Origin: a virus
Length of the DNA stretch: 64,000 nucleotides
Reading direction: 5' to 3' (one strand)
IMG/VR virus record: IMGVR_UViG_3300032007_000082
Span: 2,444 to 66,443 of that record
Part shown: positions 48,457 to 58,769 of the stretch, one piece after another
Layout of the letters: each line of letters starts with the position of its first letter
Numbering within the stretch: position 1 is the stretch's first letter
Notes under the pieces: model-generated
What the model saw: the letters and a program-made list of their open reading frames with translations, nothing else
Databases searched by the model: none
Told to the model about the DNA's origin: nothing
Made by a program: the position numbers and the translations under genes

Positions 48457-49732
48457 ATTCAAAACTAATATTGGCACTATTAAATTTGTAGAAAGCAAAA
48501 ACCGTGTCTTTCAGGACTTTCAAATCTGTGCCGTTGAACGCAATGTTGACAATCTCAAAATCACTAATATTTGCTGCGCCTTGCAAGATGCCTATCCGAA
48601 TATCGTTTAAACTAATTTCTTCATTCTGCACATATCGCGACTTTTCCGATGCCATATATTCATCTACGCTTGCCCTTAACACTTCCTGTTCATCGGCCGT
48701 CAGAGCTCTTGACACCGTCACGGTGATATTTGGCTCTGTTATACCGGGAACGTTATATGCCAGCTGTTTATATCCTGCATCACCGTCTATTATCTTGATA
48801 TAAGAGTGGCCATTGTCAGACTCTGTAAAAGCTGCATAATACGAGCAAGAGGCCTGATTTTTCTCAAGAACATCAAAAAATTTGTCTTGCTCACCGCCAT
48901 ATACAGAAACAGCAACATGTTTGCCGGGAACCCCGTTCCTCGTGATTACATCAGTGTTTTCATATACGCAAACTTTTTCGCAACCAAGCGCATATAACTC
49001 GTTTTCTATTTTTTCTTTTGTGCCGGGAAATACCGAATCTAACGTGTACTCATCTGTGCGCTTTCTGTAATGATCTATCGTTTCCGTGTCCGAGCCAGTG
49101 TTGATAAAACCGTTTTCATCGGCCTCATAAACGTTCCCTTCATATTCTATCGTTCCACTAACATTTGCAACACTATCTATACCTATTTCTGTTGTAATTT
49201 GTGCATTTATTTCACCTTCGCCAGCAACAACCTTTCCCCTTTTTTCTGCCTTAAAAATGCAATAATATGTTCCAGCTCGCGAATACGTAAAATCATACAT
49301 TGGCGTGAAAACGTTTTGCCGTTGTGGGTCGCTGATTCTGTAAGCATACCTGTTTAGTTGTTGATTGCTCTCCGCGTAAAGCGTCCGTGATGCTTGGTCG
49401 CCCATGTTGCTGACGATAATTTTTACTAAAATATAAGCTGGGCTTCCCTGCCCAAATATCACCCTGCGCTCTTCTCCAAAAAGCATTAATCCTACTTCAT
49501 CGGCCGTTTTTACATGTTGGTTGTCAGAAACAGATTTGGAATATGATACTAACCACTGGTAAAACCCAACCACCGCGCGCACCATTATCCACAAAAGCCC
49601 CGTTTTTGAAGTGTCCACATAAGAATTTTTCAACCTATGATAATACGCATTAGCCCATCCAACCGCCTCACCAGTAATTTGGTCGGCGCTTTTGGCAAGC
49701 TCGCTGTCTATGTCTGTCGCCAATTTATCCAT
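48446..49732 (-). CDS. baseplate J-like wedge protein
   Basis: GSDTETIDHYRKR, VYENTD..NGVPGKHVAVSVYGG. Confidence 0.85.
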   Translation of the reverse strand: MDKLATDIDSELAKSADQITGEAVGWANAYYHRLKNSYVDTSKTGLLWIMVRAVVGFYQWLVSYSKSVSDNQHVKTADEVGLMLFGEERRVIFGQGSPAYILVKIIVSNMGDQASRTLYAESNQQLNRYAYRISDPQRQNVFTPMYDFTYSRAGTYYCIFKAEKRGKVVAGEGEINAQITTEIGIDSVANVSGTIEYEGNVYEADENGFINTGSDTETIDHYRKRTDEYTLDSVFPGTKEKIENELYALGCEKVCVYENTDVITRNGVPGKHVAVSVYGGEQDKFFDVLEKNQASCSYYAAFTESDNGHSYIKIIDGDAGYKQLAYNVPGITEPNITVTVSRALTADEQEVLRASVDEYMASEKSRYVQNEEISLNDIRIGILQGAANISDFEIVNIAFNGTDLKVLKDTVFAFYKFNSANISFEYGN

Positions 49733-50117
49733 ATCTCTCCAATACTATTTCCTCTCCATTATTGTTTTTTATTTGCAAATTGGATACAACTTTATTACCA
49801 TCGCCGTCAACATTTAATTTTAACAGCTCTATATTGTCCATGTCAGCTAAAACATAACGTATTCTTGTCGCAAATTCAGAGAAAATCCGCCTTCTTTCAT
49901 TTGTGTCAGAAGGATAGTTGTTCAAGCTTTGTTTTGTAATAATCCATGGCACACCATCCAGCATCGGATCGTCAACATCCGCCACATCCAAATTTAAACG
50001 GTTCAACACCCTTACTTCCGTGCCTCTTTTGCTATGCCCGTCTAAAACTTTATCCAAGCGTATTTCAGCAACCGTGTTCCTTTCGCTCGTAAATTCTAAA
50101 TCAAATGTATCATTCAT
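49725..50117 (-). CDS. gp25-like baseplate/sheath-initiator protein
   Basis: upstream of J; DGVPW motif. Confidence 0.5.
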   Translation of the reverse strand: MNDTFDLEFTSERNTVAEIRLDKVLDGHSKRGTEVRVLNRLNLDVADVDDPMLDGVPWIITKQSLNNYPSDTNERRRIFSEFATRIRYVLADMDNIELLKLNVDGDGNKVVSNLQIKNNNGEEIVLERYG

Positions 50118-50686
50118 TCTTCTTTCATTAAAACTGCTATTTCGCCTGTTGTTTCGGCTATATCGCCTATCTTACCATATATGTGAGGTTCTATTGTAAT
50201 TATTTGCTCTGATGCATAACTTATCTCAATGGTCGCCAGCGCCGCCACATCTATTGTCTCTTTCTCGTCAGCTTCACGCACATAATAAGACACATTGGCC
50301 CAATGTCCGCTCCTTGTTATTTCCTCTTGGATTGTAGAACACAAAATGTTCAAGAATTCCTGCGAGCTGATTGCGGTATTGCCAACTTTTATTGTCGTTT
50401 GATAAGTTTTAATATAAACCCTTGCATGACAGCGCACCGTTCTTATAATTTTTTCCTTGTTGTCTTTTTCTACAACACATGAATTACCGTAAAAATATTG
50501 GTCAGGGTCGTTTGCGTTGGCGATTTGGATAAAGAGCGGTTTTGTTTTCAACAAACTCTGCTGCTCTGGCAACAAAGAGAACCCCTGATAGACGTCAACG
50601 TCTTCAAATCCATAGACAGCACACACACATTTAATCGCCCTGCATATGTCCGCTTTTCCGTATGACTCTTTGTAGCTAACTGTCAT
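50114..50686 (-). CDS. putative tail terminator/neck protein
   Basis: position in the head-neck-baseplate run. Confidence 0.45.
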   Translation of the reverse strand: MTVSYKESYGKADICRAIKCVCAVYGFEDVDVYQGFSLLPEQQSLLKTKPLFIQIANANDPDQYFYGNSCVVEKDNKEKIIRTVRCHARVYIKTYQTTIKVGNTAISSQEFLNILCSTIQEEITRSGHWANVSYYVREADEKETIDVAALATIEISYASEQIITIEPHIYGKIGDIAETTGEIAVLMKEE

Positions 50687-51198
50687 ATAAACAAATCTTC
50701 TTCTTCCTCTGTGGATGTCAGTGTATTAATCAACGTGTTATAATCCTGTTCCGTTTCCCCAACTACCTTTTGAAAAACGGCCATTAAAAAATAAATTCCT
50801 CCATGTTCAGGCGCGGCGTTAAGTTGCTCTGTAATGTTATATTGTTTTATTTTTTGCTCATTTGCGTCATACAGGTACACCTTTGCATAACCGTTATTCA
50901 TTAGTGGAGTAAAGTCGCTGTCTTGTATTGTAAAATTAATGTGTTCGCGACTTGTAAATTCAGTTTCATCTTTATTTACATTTTTGACATTATACCGTTT
51001 TACATTCGCAAAGATTGTTCGGAACTGTTTTGTTGTCTCACCCTCTTCTTCGCCCTCTTTATCGTTAAAAATGATTTCATCAGGCACACCAACAACCATG
51101 TCCTGCTTTGGATTTTCGTTCAGCTCCAAGCACATTTTAGTCCTAAAACTATCAAAGACATCATAAAACTCATGTGTGTCAAAACCCTCTTCCATCAT
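50683..51198 (-). CDS. putative head-closure protein
   Basis: position and size. Confidence 0.45.
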   Translation of the reverse strand: MMEEGFDTHEFYDVFDSFRTKMCLELNENPKQDMVVGVPDEIIFNDKEGEEEGETTKQFRTIFANVKRYNVKNVNKDETEFTSREHINFTIQDSDFTPLMNNGYAKVYLYDANEQKIKQYNITEQLNAAPEHGGIYFLMAVFQKVVGETEQDYNTLINTLTSTEEEEDLFI

Positions 51199-51629
51199 TT
51201 TTTTACAATTTTATACGAACAACTCTTATAGAAAGCACCTAAATTTTTCATAGGTATTCTTGGAGTTTTTGAGCCCGCTTTCTTTTTTTGATAAAGCACC
51301 TTTGGATTTGTAATCTCCCCCCAATCAATCCCAAATTTAAACCCCTCAAAAACTATCAGCCCTTTGTTATCAATGCATCCCTGAATAGATTTAACGAGCT
51401 TCTCGCCAATATCATTTAAAACCTTCTCCGCGCTATCCTTACCTTCGTCAAGTTTTTTTTGTAAAATGGAAGTAATAACGTCATTAATGCCGCTATTAAT
51501 AAAAGCAAGGGCGTTGTATTTTTTTGCATTGTATTGATATTTTTTGATGCTTTCCTCATCAAACCATCCGACAACAAGTTCATGGGTGTTCACATACTCC
51601 AAGAACTTGTCGTCTCTTTCATTTGACAT
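51195..51629 (-). CDS. putative neck/tail-completion protein
   Basis: LVVGWF...LNDIG...KKKAGSK..PMKNLGAFYKSCSY resembles myovirus neck proteins. Confidence 0.6.
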   Translation of the reverse strand: MSNERDDKFLEYVNTHELVVGWFDEESIKKYQYNAKKYNALAFINSGINDVITSILQKKLDEGKDSAEKVLNDIGEKLVKSIQGCIDNKGLIVFEGFKFGIDWGEITNPKVLYQKKKAGSKTPRIPMKNLGAFYKSCSYKIVKK

Positions 51630-51631
51630 AT

Positions 51632-53485
51632 TTATTTCTTCGCATGTTCAATTACCACAAGACTGTGCAACGTTTGGTCTGTCAGTGGGTTAACATGGTT
51701 AACGGCATATTTGTAATATGGAATTACATACGCCATTTTGTACAAGACAAACCCGCGCGAGTAGTTGTCAACAAACTCTTCCTCACTTGCTATAAAGTCA
51801 GGATATGGACGTGGTGACACATAAGCTTTAATGTCGTGGTAGCATATTGTCTCAACAACACTGTCCTCATTCCTTTGGTTCCAGAAGACATCTTTGAAGG
51901 CCTTAGGAATGTAGCCGTGTTCGTTCAACTGCTTACACAAACCCTTGGTAAATAGTTGTTCTATACGCCACTGTGGTTGAGTATCTGATGGCATCAGGGT
52001 GCCTGAAAACAGAAGGTTTTGTAAAGCAACTGCTCTTGGTGTTGGGTCAACATAAGGAGCATAACCGCCCCCTTTGTTGCCAAACAAGGCCATCAACAGG
52101 TCGTTTGTTGCTGGTTCTTTAAGACGTTCAAGGTTTTCAAGCCTCAAGGCCGTGTTGTAATCTATCGTGATGCACGGCGTCTCAACACCCGTTGACAACA
52201 TCTCTCTATCGTTTTCTTCGCCTGTAATTCCATCCATGGATGTTTTTAAGAAAGTGCCAAATTCATATTGCAAGTGTTGCTCTTTGGCAATGTCTGCCAG
52301 TCCATAAGGTTGCACCTTATACATTCCGTCAGCAACTTCACCAAACACCCATGCGTCTTCTTCGTCTTCTCCCAATGTGATAACATCAGAAGCTTTAATG
52401 ATTTTTCCGCCACAATGGAGTTTTGCCACGCGGGTTAATTGTGTAGGCAATGACGAGTATGTTGGAAAGTCGGACACGTAAAACGTGTAATCGCTTATTT
52501 TTGCAAAGACAAGATCGTCATATGTAACGTTAGCAACTGGCTTTTCAACTTCTGCAATACGAATCATGTTCAAAGCTGGGTTGCAGTAGAAAGAGCATCT
52601 TGTGTATATTTCATAAGACATTTTCAACATCGCTTTCATCCGCTCTTTGTCATTCTCTATTTGCCCTTTGCGCTCTTCAACACTATAACTCAAGAAATTA
52701 AACAACCCGTCTTTCATGGCGTCATACTGAATCATCGCGGTGTTGTTATATATGTTTGTATAACCTACCACCTCTTTGTTCGCCTGCATTGCTGCATTTA
52801 GTGTTGTCCTCCCTGATGCGTCAGGATCGAGAAGGTTGATTTGTTGTGCGTGCACCGCAGTTTCATACGACAGCACCCTTCTTATTAATTCATAACCAAC
52901 ATATTCAGGCCTGTCAGGACACAACATAATGTTGTATGAATTTGCGCAAGGTATGCCCCAGCGTCTGATTCTTGCGTTGTCCTCCAATAACAGCCTCACT
53001 CCTATCGTCTCCTCATCGGAGGTTGCAACTGTGAGCGCTGCGCTATTGCTTTCCAAAGAGCCATTCGTATATTGTGAATTTTGGAAAATATACGCAGGGT
53101 TCATAGTCAGGACAGCCCCGTTGCCATTATCTGCCGAGAAACATACGTGCGTAGAATCGGAACCCTCTGGCGCAATGTGTGTTCTAATTGCATTTGCAGC
53201 CACCAAGGCGCCATTTTTTTCATTTTGTTCTCTTATCTCATTGTATCTTGCACACGCCTTCCTCCTTTCTTCGCGTTCTGCCACGGCCGCCTCTTCTGTC
53301 TGCGATACGTCTTTTTTAGCAATTGTAATCTTTCCTAATTTTGTATTGCTTTTATTACAAATATTTTGAACGTATCCCGCAAACTCATCTTGCCCGCGCT
53401 TATATTCCTCTCTCTCCTCCAAGTCGGTAAAAAACCCTGGTCTTGCAGGGTAATCTTTCACTCCATTCCTCATTGCCATAAACAA
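51632..53485 (-). CDS. putative major capsid protein (unusually long)
   Basis: position after protease and decoration genes; 617 aa; no diagnostic motif recognised. Confidence 0.5.
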   Translation of the reverse strand: MFMAMRNGVKDYPARPGFFTDLEEREEYKRGQDEFAGYVQNICNKSNTKLGKITIAKKDVSQTEEAAVAEREERRKACARYNEIREQNEKNGALVAANAIRTHIAPEGSDSTHVCFSADNGNGAVLTMNPAYIFQNSQYTNGSLESNSAALTVATSDEETIGVRLLLEDNARIRRWGIPCANSYNIMLCPDRPEYVGYELIRRVLSYETAVHAQQINLLDPDASGRTTLNAAMQANKEVVGYTNIYNNTAMIQYDAMKDGLFNFLSYSVEERKGQIENDKERMKAMLKMSYEIYTRCSFYCNPALNMIRIAEVEKPVANVTYDDLVFAKISDYTFYVSDFPTYSSLPTQLTRVAKLHCGGKIIKASDVITLGEDEEDAWVFGEVADGMYKVQPYGLADIAKEQHLQYEFGTFLKTSMDGITGEENDREMLSTGVETPCITIDYNTALRLENLERLKEPATNDLLMALFGNKGGGYAPYVDPTPRAVALQNLLFSGTLMPSDTQPQWRIEQLFTKGLCKQLNEHGYIPKAFKDVFWNQRNEDSVVETICYHDIKAYVSPRPYPDFIASEEEFVDNYSRGFVLYKMAYVIPYYKYAVNHVNPLTDQTLHSLVVIEHAKK

Positions 53486-53504
53486 ACCTTAAAACTACTT
53501 ACTA

Positions 53505-54275
53505 CTACTGCATAACCGATAAATTATCTTTATTAAATCTAACAAAAACAACCGCATCGGTCTTATTGTTGTCGCGTGCTGTTCTTGCAAATTGACATGT
53601 CTCGGAGACCGTTGCAACAACAACCTGTCCTTGTGCGGCTTCCTGCAAGAAACCAAACAAACATCTTTTGTCCCTAACCGCAGGAGTATTGCCTTGTGCA
53701 GGTGTAATTACTCCCCAATCGGCTCTTGCGATAGTCAACTTCATTCCCGGACGAATTGGGTTTTTTGCTTGCGTTAAGCTGTTCAAAACTGGCATTGTCA
53801 ATTCCAATCCATCAATATACCCGGCAGTTTTCATTGGTGTGTCTGTCAACATACCGTCTTGCTTTTGTGTGTAAAGCTTCATTGGTTCAACAATAAGGTT
53901 CTTCAAAAACTTCTTTGTAATACCCCATTCATTCACAATCGCATCAATACCCGAAATAGGTGTCAGCATTTGTGGTTTGTATGGTTGATTAAACCTTGAT
54001 TCCAACATAGAAAGTTGTGAGATATTGGTCAACCTGCTATCAATGTTATCCAAGTTAATAGTTGCCAAACGACCATATTCATCAGACATGTATAACTCGC
54101 CGACTATTGGCATAAAACCGCTGTCGTAATAACCAGCAATTTCACGTGGCCCAGTGTTCAATAACACCCCGGTATACCTTTGGGTCACTCCAATATAAGG
54201 CTCGGCAGATTGTACCGCTAAACCGGCCGGTGCTTGGCCTTTTTCCCACAATCCTGTTACATTACTCCATCTCAT
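53505..54275 (-). CDS. putative head decoration/cement protein
   Basis: between the protease and the capsid candidate. Confidence 0.45.
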   Translation of the reverse strand: MRWSNVTGLWEKGQAPAGLAVQSAEPYIGVTQRYTGVLLNTGPREIAGYYDSGFMPIVGELYMSDEYGRLATINLDNIDSRLTNISQLSMLESRFNQPYKPQMLTPISGIDAIVNEWGITKKFLKNLIVEPMKLYTQKQDGMLTDTPMKTAGYIDGLELTMPVLNSLTQAKNPIRPGMKLTIARADWGVITPAQGNTPAVRDKRCLFGFLQEAAQGQVVVATVSETCQFARTARDNNKTDAVVFVRFNKDNLSVMQ

Positions 54276-54290
54276 AATCCTATCTTAAAA

Positions 54291-55520
54291 CTAATCACAA
54301 TCATACAGATACTTATCATGCAGGCCCTCTTTGGCCTTGACTGTCTGATTGTCCTTTTGCGCCACTGGGGCTGTTGGAGCCGCCGCTGGCTTCTGCTCAT
54401 CTGCTGAAAAATGCATAGTTGTTTCCGCGACACCGTTATTTAATTTTTTCCAGTCCTCTAAAACCGTGAGAGAGAACATATCAGGGTGCTCGCTCATCAT
54501 TTGTGCCACTTCATTGACGGTGTATCTTTTCTCCTCCGCTGGTGTTGCACTGGCCGTTTTAGCCGCCAAATCAGCAACAATGGCGTTTACCATAGCGGTG
54601 AGGTTATCAATCTTTCCATTAATTTTAACCAAATCTTCATGATAATGCTCCGCAACGGCCACGTTGGATTCTTGTATAACATTATCTGTTTTTGCCAAAT
54701 CTCCTGCTTGCGCCGTGCTATCTTGTGGCGCATCAGTTGGCACAGGCGTTTGACCATCTGCTGGCGTGTCTGCTGGTGCATCAGCTGGCTTTTGGTCGGG
54801 TGATGTCTTACCTTCATCGCCACCATTCTGCCCTTTGTCTTTGTCCTTGTCGGAATCATCTTTGCCCGCTTCACTTCCAGCGCCGCCCTTTTCTTTCTCA
54901 CCTTCTGCCTCTTTTGGTTTTGTTTCACCGCCCTCTTTTCCATCTTCAATCGGTTTCGTTTCTATCTGCTCTTCAACCTTATCTAACGCTGAAGGGGCGA
55001 CAAAAACGGTATTAACTTCCTCTTCCTTGTCATCAAATAGCACTTTGGAATTACAGAAGGTTATACCTGGTTTATTTGTCAGCGCGCACCCTGATAAAAT
55101 GACATCAGGATAAAGGCTGTATTCGCTTCTATCAAAGGTCACTTTTTTTAATTTGCTAAGAGACAAGCAAGATGTGTCAATTTCCAATGAAATGTCTTTG
55201 TCTTTCACTTGCTCAAACTTGTCAGCAACAATATAACAATCAGCGACAAACCCCTGGACATCATCGCCAGCTTTGTCTTTTTCACAATTCTCAATCCTGA
55301 TGTTGTTTAAGTATCCTACCCTTTCCCCAGGGTGTTCATTCTTAATCGTAATGTTGTGTGATGGCTCCGAGTTTGTTGCGCGTGTTTTTTTGGCTTCAAC
55401 AGCGAAATCATCGCGTCTAATGCAACAATTGTAATGTTTATTATTCCCGTTTGCGCCAAAAACCACATGCTTGTCGGCAGGCCACACCTTCTTGGTGATC
55501 TTCTTGTATTCTCCTGACAT
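54291..55520 (-). CDS. prohead protease/scaffold (DUF2213-like)
   Basis: ITIKNEHP..VG..ISLE..GCALTNKP protease-like N-domain; acidic low-complexity scaffold tail. Confidence 0.65.
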   Translation of the reverse strand: MSGEYKKITKKVWPADKHVVFGANGNNKHYNCCIRRDDFAVEAKKTRATNSEPSHNITIKNEHPGERVGYLNNIRIENCEKDKAGDDVQGFVADCYIVADKFEQVKDKDISLEIDTSCLSLSKLKKVTFDRSEYSLYPDVILSGCALTNKPGITFCNSKVLFDDKEEEVNTVFVAPSALDKVEEQIETKPIEDGKEGGETKPKEAEGEKEKGGAGSEAGKDDSDKDKDKGQNGGDEGKTSPDQKPADAPADTPADGQTPVPTDAPQDSTAQAGDLAKTDNVIQESNVAVAEHYHEDLVKINGKIDNLTAMVNAIVADLAAKTASATPAEEKRYTVNEVAQMMSEHPDMFSLTVLEDWKKLNNGVAETTMHFSADEQKPAAAPTAPVAQKDNQTVKAKEGLHDKYLYDCD

Positions 55521-55559
55521 AATGATCTTACTACTGCTTGTTTGTCTTTTTGAGCGTAA

Positions 55560-56583
55560 ATAATTGTCAAGTGTTTTTTTTACAATGCTATGCATGCACA
55601 ATTTTGATAGCAATAACCAATAGAGCGTCATTGGTGTTTGAAAAGTGTTTGTAATTGGTTGATAATTAGCAAATGGCAAAAGATAGCGAGCGAGGAATGT
55701 GTATTGCGACTACCGTATAGATAAAAAACAAAAAATACGGGTTATAGGGGGGAGTCATTGCAAACAAACGACACGTTTTTGAAATTCAAGCACACAAAAA
55801 AACCGTTAATCAAACACTGTGGAACATAATTAAAAGTTGACAAAACTAATAAAAATAATTGATAAATTGCAAAAAAATATTTTATCAAAATTCGTAAAAT
55901 GAACCCGCATAAATAGAGGGCAAAACAGCCCTTCATTTCCCATAATATTTCTTATTCGCACAAGAATATTTTTTTTTGTTTTTTGTCAACAAATTCAAAA
56001 TGAAAAATGATTGAAGCGCAGAAAAGCGCAACAGCTTATAGTTTTTTGATTGTAAAAGTCAAGTGTTTTTTTTTGATGGCATTTGACACCCTTGAAAATT
56101 TCGGCACTTTTTTCATTTTTGTAGAGAAAATAAAAAAGTGATATTAAAACACACAAAAACAACAACATTGACAAAAACGCAAATTGTTATCATGTTGCAA
56201 CACAAAATTATCAAATGATCGGCGCTCGCTTTTTTTTGAAAAAACACAATGTGAAAATTATAACAAATATTAGAAACAGCGCTCCCTCTTCAAAAAAATA
56301 AAGAAGAAAAAAATATTGTGTATTGCTAAAATCGTTTTGATTTTCAAACCCTTTTTTTAATTGTCAACAAAGCCCTTTTTAAGAGCATTATTTTTTTATG
56401 TCTTTTTTGAATAAAAAAAATTTTTTACATCAAAAAAAACCTCTTAAATAGTATTTAAAACCCTAATTTGATTGAGCGCATTATGTGATAAAATATTATT
56501 TTCAATTTTTTTTCATTTTTTTTATTTTTTTACTTGACTTTTAAAACCAATGAGTTATAAAATAATCGTTAAAAGTTTATTAT
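55560..56583. promoter_or_regulatory. 1-kb AT-rich divergent control region between the late (left) and early (right) operons
   Basis: no convincing ORFs; several TTGACW boxes and A/T tracts; TTGACT 56534-56539 with GTTATAAAAT. Confidence 0.6.
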
Positions 56584-56742
56584 ATGGTTGTTATTAATTA
56601 TGATGAAGTAGCAGAATATTCTGCTTTTTTGCTGGACTCAGAAAGTCAAAACGAGTTTGACGAACTGTCCGATCTTTCAAGTGAAACTCTACAATTGCTT
56701 GATGCAAACGATGTTGAAGTTGAAAAACAACTTGCGGCGTGA
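56584..56742 (+). CDS. 52-aa highly acidic peptide (not in ORF track)
   Basis: MVVINYDEVAEYSAFLLDSESQNEFDELSDLSSETLQLLDANDVEVEKQLAA directly after the promoter. Confidence 0.6.
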   Translation: MVVINYDEVAEYSAFLLDSESQNEFDELSDLSSETLQLLDANDVEVEKQLAA

Positions 56743-56788
56743 AGTGGTGGTTTTAATAAAATTAATATAGCGTTTAAAGTATTCTTTT

Positions 56789-57802
56789 ATGGTAAATATT
56801 CAAGAAATTAAAAAAATTAAAAACTCTCTTTTAGATAGCTTCAAAAACAGAATAACGGAAGAGGTGTCATCTGATAACATTTTGTTGAAAGTAAATAATA
56901 AATGCTTTTTTTCACAAAATTTTGATTACAACAGAAAAACATTAAGCGCCGACCGCTTGTATTATTCTGTCAAGCGCGGTTTGTTTTATGCGAAGAACGA
57001 GGACGGGGGCTTCAATGAAATAAGATTGCAAGAAAATTATCACGGTGTTTCAAATATTGTTGCAACCGACATCAAAGCTATCTCTCCTGAAATTGAAATG
57101 TGCTTGTTTGAAGACAAAGACAACTTGACACTCTGCGACCGATTTTTGGCAAGAGCAAGTTTGTTGGTGGCGGCGTCTTTTTTCAACAAGCTTGAAGGAA
57201 GTATTGAAAACCGCGATTTGGCTGTTGAAGACGACTCAAGCTTGGACACTGTAAAAGGCGAGACCTGCGAATTAAAATTTACGAAGCTTGAAGAGATCCG
57301 TAAAACTCAAGAAAAAGAAACAGACCTTGTCAAGATACTAACAATAATAAATCCATTTGCTACAACAAACGCTACTTGCGGGCATCATATACACATTAGC
57401 ATCAACAATTTTGCAACAAATGAGCACTTTTATAATTTTGTCAAAAGTTTAGGCGAATGGGAAAACCGAGAGTTTTTGCAAAAAGTTTGTAAAAGAAATT
57501 TTGGAAATTATAGGGATTATGTCAATCTTCTTAATTACATTGGCAATCTAAACAATTTAGACAGATATATTAGCGAGTTGAAGCGTGCGATGAACCCTGA
57601 TATTTGGCAAACAATGAGTAGTCATAGCAATTTTGTGACTTTCAACAGAAAAACCATAGAAGTAAGGTTATTCAAGGGGACGTTGAACGCGAACATCATA
57701 GCAAGTTATTATGGCTTTATCAAATTGCTTTTGAAAAAGACAAAAAAAATGGCTGTTATTTTTGAGGAAGACAATGATTTTTTAGAATTATTGGAAATAT
57801 AA
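56789..57802 (+). CDS. putative amidoligase (COOH-NH2 ligase)
   Basis: EIE, EDDSSL, CEL, TCGHHIHIS, TIEVRLFKGT. Confidence 0.8.
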   Translation: MVNIQEIKKIKNSLLDSFKNRITEEVSSDNILLKVNNKCFFSQNFDYNRKTLSADRLYYSVKRGLFYAKNEDGGFNEIRLQENYHGVSNIVATDIKAISPEIEMCLFEDKDNLTLCDRFLARASLLVAASFFNKLEGSIENRDLAVEDDSSLDTVKGETCELKFTKLEEIRKTQEKETDLVKILTIINPFATTNATCGHHIHISINNFATNEHFYNFVKSLGEWENREFLQKVCKRNFGNYRDYVNLLNYIGNLNNLDRYISELKRAMNPDIWQTMSSHSNFVTFNRKTIEVRLFKGTLNANIIASYYGFIKLLLKKTKKMAVIFEEDNDFLELLEI

Positions 57803-57827
57803 ATAAGGGAAGTTTAATGATATTGGT

Positions 57828-58415
57828 ATGTGTATTTTGGTTTTAATAAAAAAAGGAAAAAAAATAAACAATGCGGAGCTGTCAAGTTGTCTAAAAAACA
57901 ACCCCGATGGCTGTGGCATTGGCTATTATGTTGGCAACAGACAAGTTATCAAAAAACTTGGAAAAACAAGTTTTGAGAAAAGTTTAAAATTTTGTCAACA
58001 GGCATTAGAAATTGCGTATAAAGAGGCAACGAGTCCTGTGCTTTTTCATAGCAGAATTGCGACAGGGAGCGTTTGCAATAAAAGAAATTGTCATCCGTTT
58101 AAAATAAACGACAACGTGATGATGGGGCATAATGGCATATTAAATATTCTTCCATCTTTGAGATGTTGTAGCGACACTAAAATAATGGCAACGTTGCTTA
58201 AATGCGGTGTGCTGGACGTGCAAGGTGATGATTTTAAAGAAATTTTAGGAAAAAATAACAAGGTCGTTTTTCTGACGCCGCGAAAATATAAAATATTCAA
58301 CGAGCAACTGGGGCATTGGAAAAATGGCGTTTGGTTTAGTAATCATAGTTATGAAGATTACAAAGCGTATTCAACAGATAATATTTATAAATTTTATGGT
58401 TTTAATTTTTTTTGA
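57828..58415 (+). CDS. class II (Ntn) glutamine amidotransferase
   Basis: Cys2, NPDGCGI, HSRIAT, NCHPF, HNG, SDT. Confidence 0.9.
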   Translation: MCILVLIKKGKKINNAELSSCLKNNPDGCGIGYYVGNRQVIKKLGKTSFEKSLKFCQQALEIAYKEATSPVLFHSRIATGSVCNKRNCHPFKINDNVMMGHNGILNILPSLRCCSDTKIMATLLKCGVLDVQGDDFKEILGKNNKVVFLTPRKYKIFNEQLGHWKNGVWFSNHSYEDYKAYSTDNIYKFYGFNFF

Positions 58416-58416
58416 T

Positions 58417-58749
58417 ATGATGGTTAGACAAATTTTTAATGATGGTGTGTATTTTACGGCACATTGTAAAAATGGCGAGTATTGGGTAGATTGGGCAACT
58501 CCATATGGAAGAAGAAAAGGGCAATATGGCGGCGTTGGCAATGTCAAGATGGAAAAAGAAAAATATGTCTGCTTGCAACAATTGAACAGGGCTTTTGAAA
58601 AAAGGTGCGACAAAGAAGAAAATGATTTTTGGAAGTGGCGAGATACGGCAGACATAACAAGCGAAGAGTCCGCCGGGCTTTATCACGAGCTTTTGGTAAA
58701 ACAAAAAGAAAAGAAACAAATTTTTTTGAGGGGGTTTATAGAGGGTTAA
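58417..58749 (+). CDS. hypothetical protein
   Basis: start MMVRQ after TGA-T-ATG junction. Confidence 0.6.
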   Translation: MMVRQIFNDGVYFTAHCKNGEYWVDWATPYGRRKGQYGGVGNVKMEKEKYVCLQQLNRAFEKRCDKEENDFWKWRDTADITSEESAGLYHELLVKQKEKKQIFLRGFIEG

Positions 58750-58769
58750 ATAAGAGAGTTGAATATTAA

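Noticed and set aside
493-55113. Numerous 60-220 aa antisense/overlapping ORFs in the track
   Set aside because: Shadow frames of better-supported genes with no motifs
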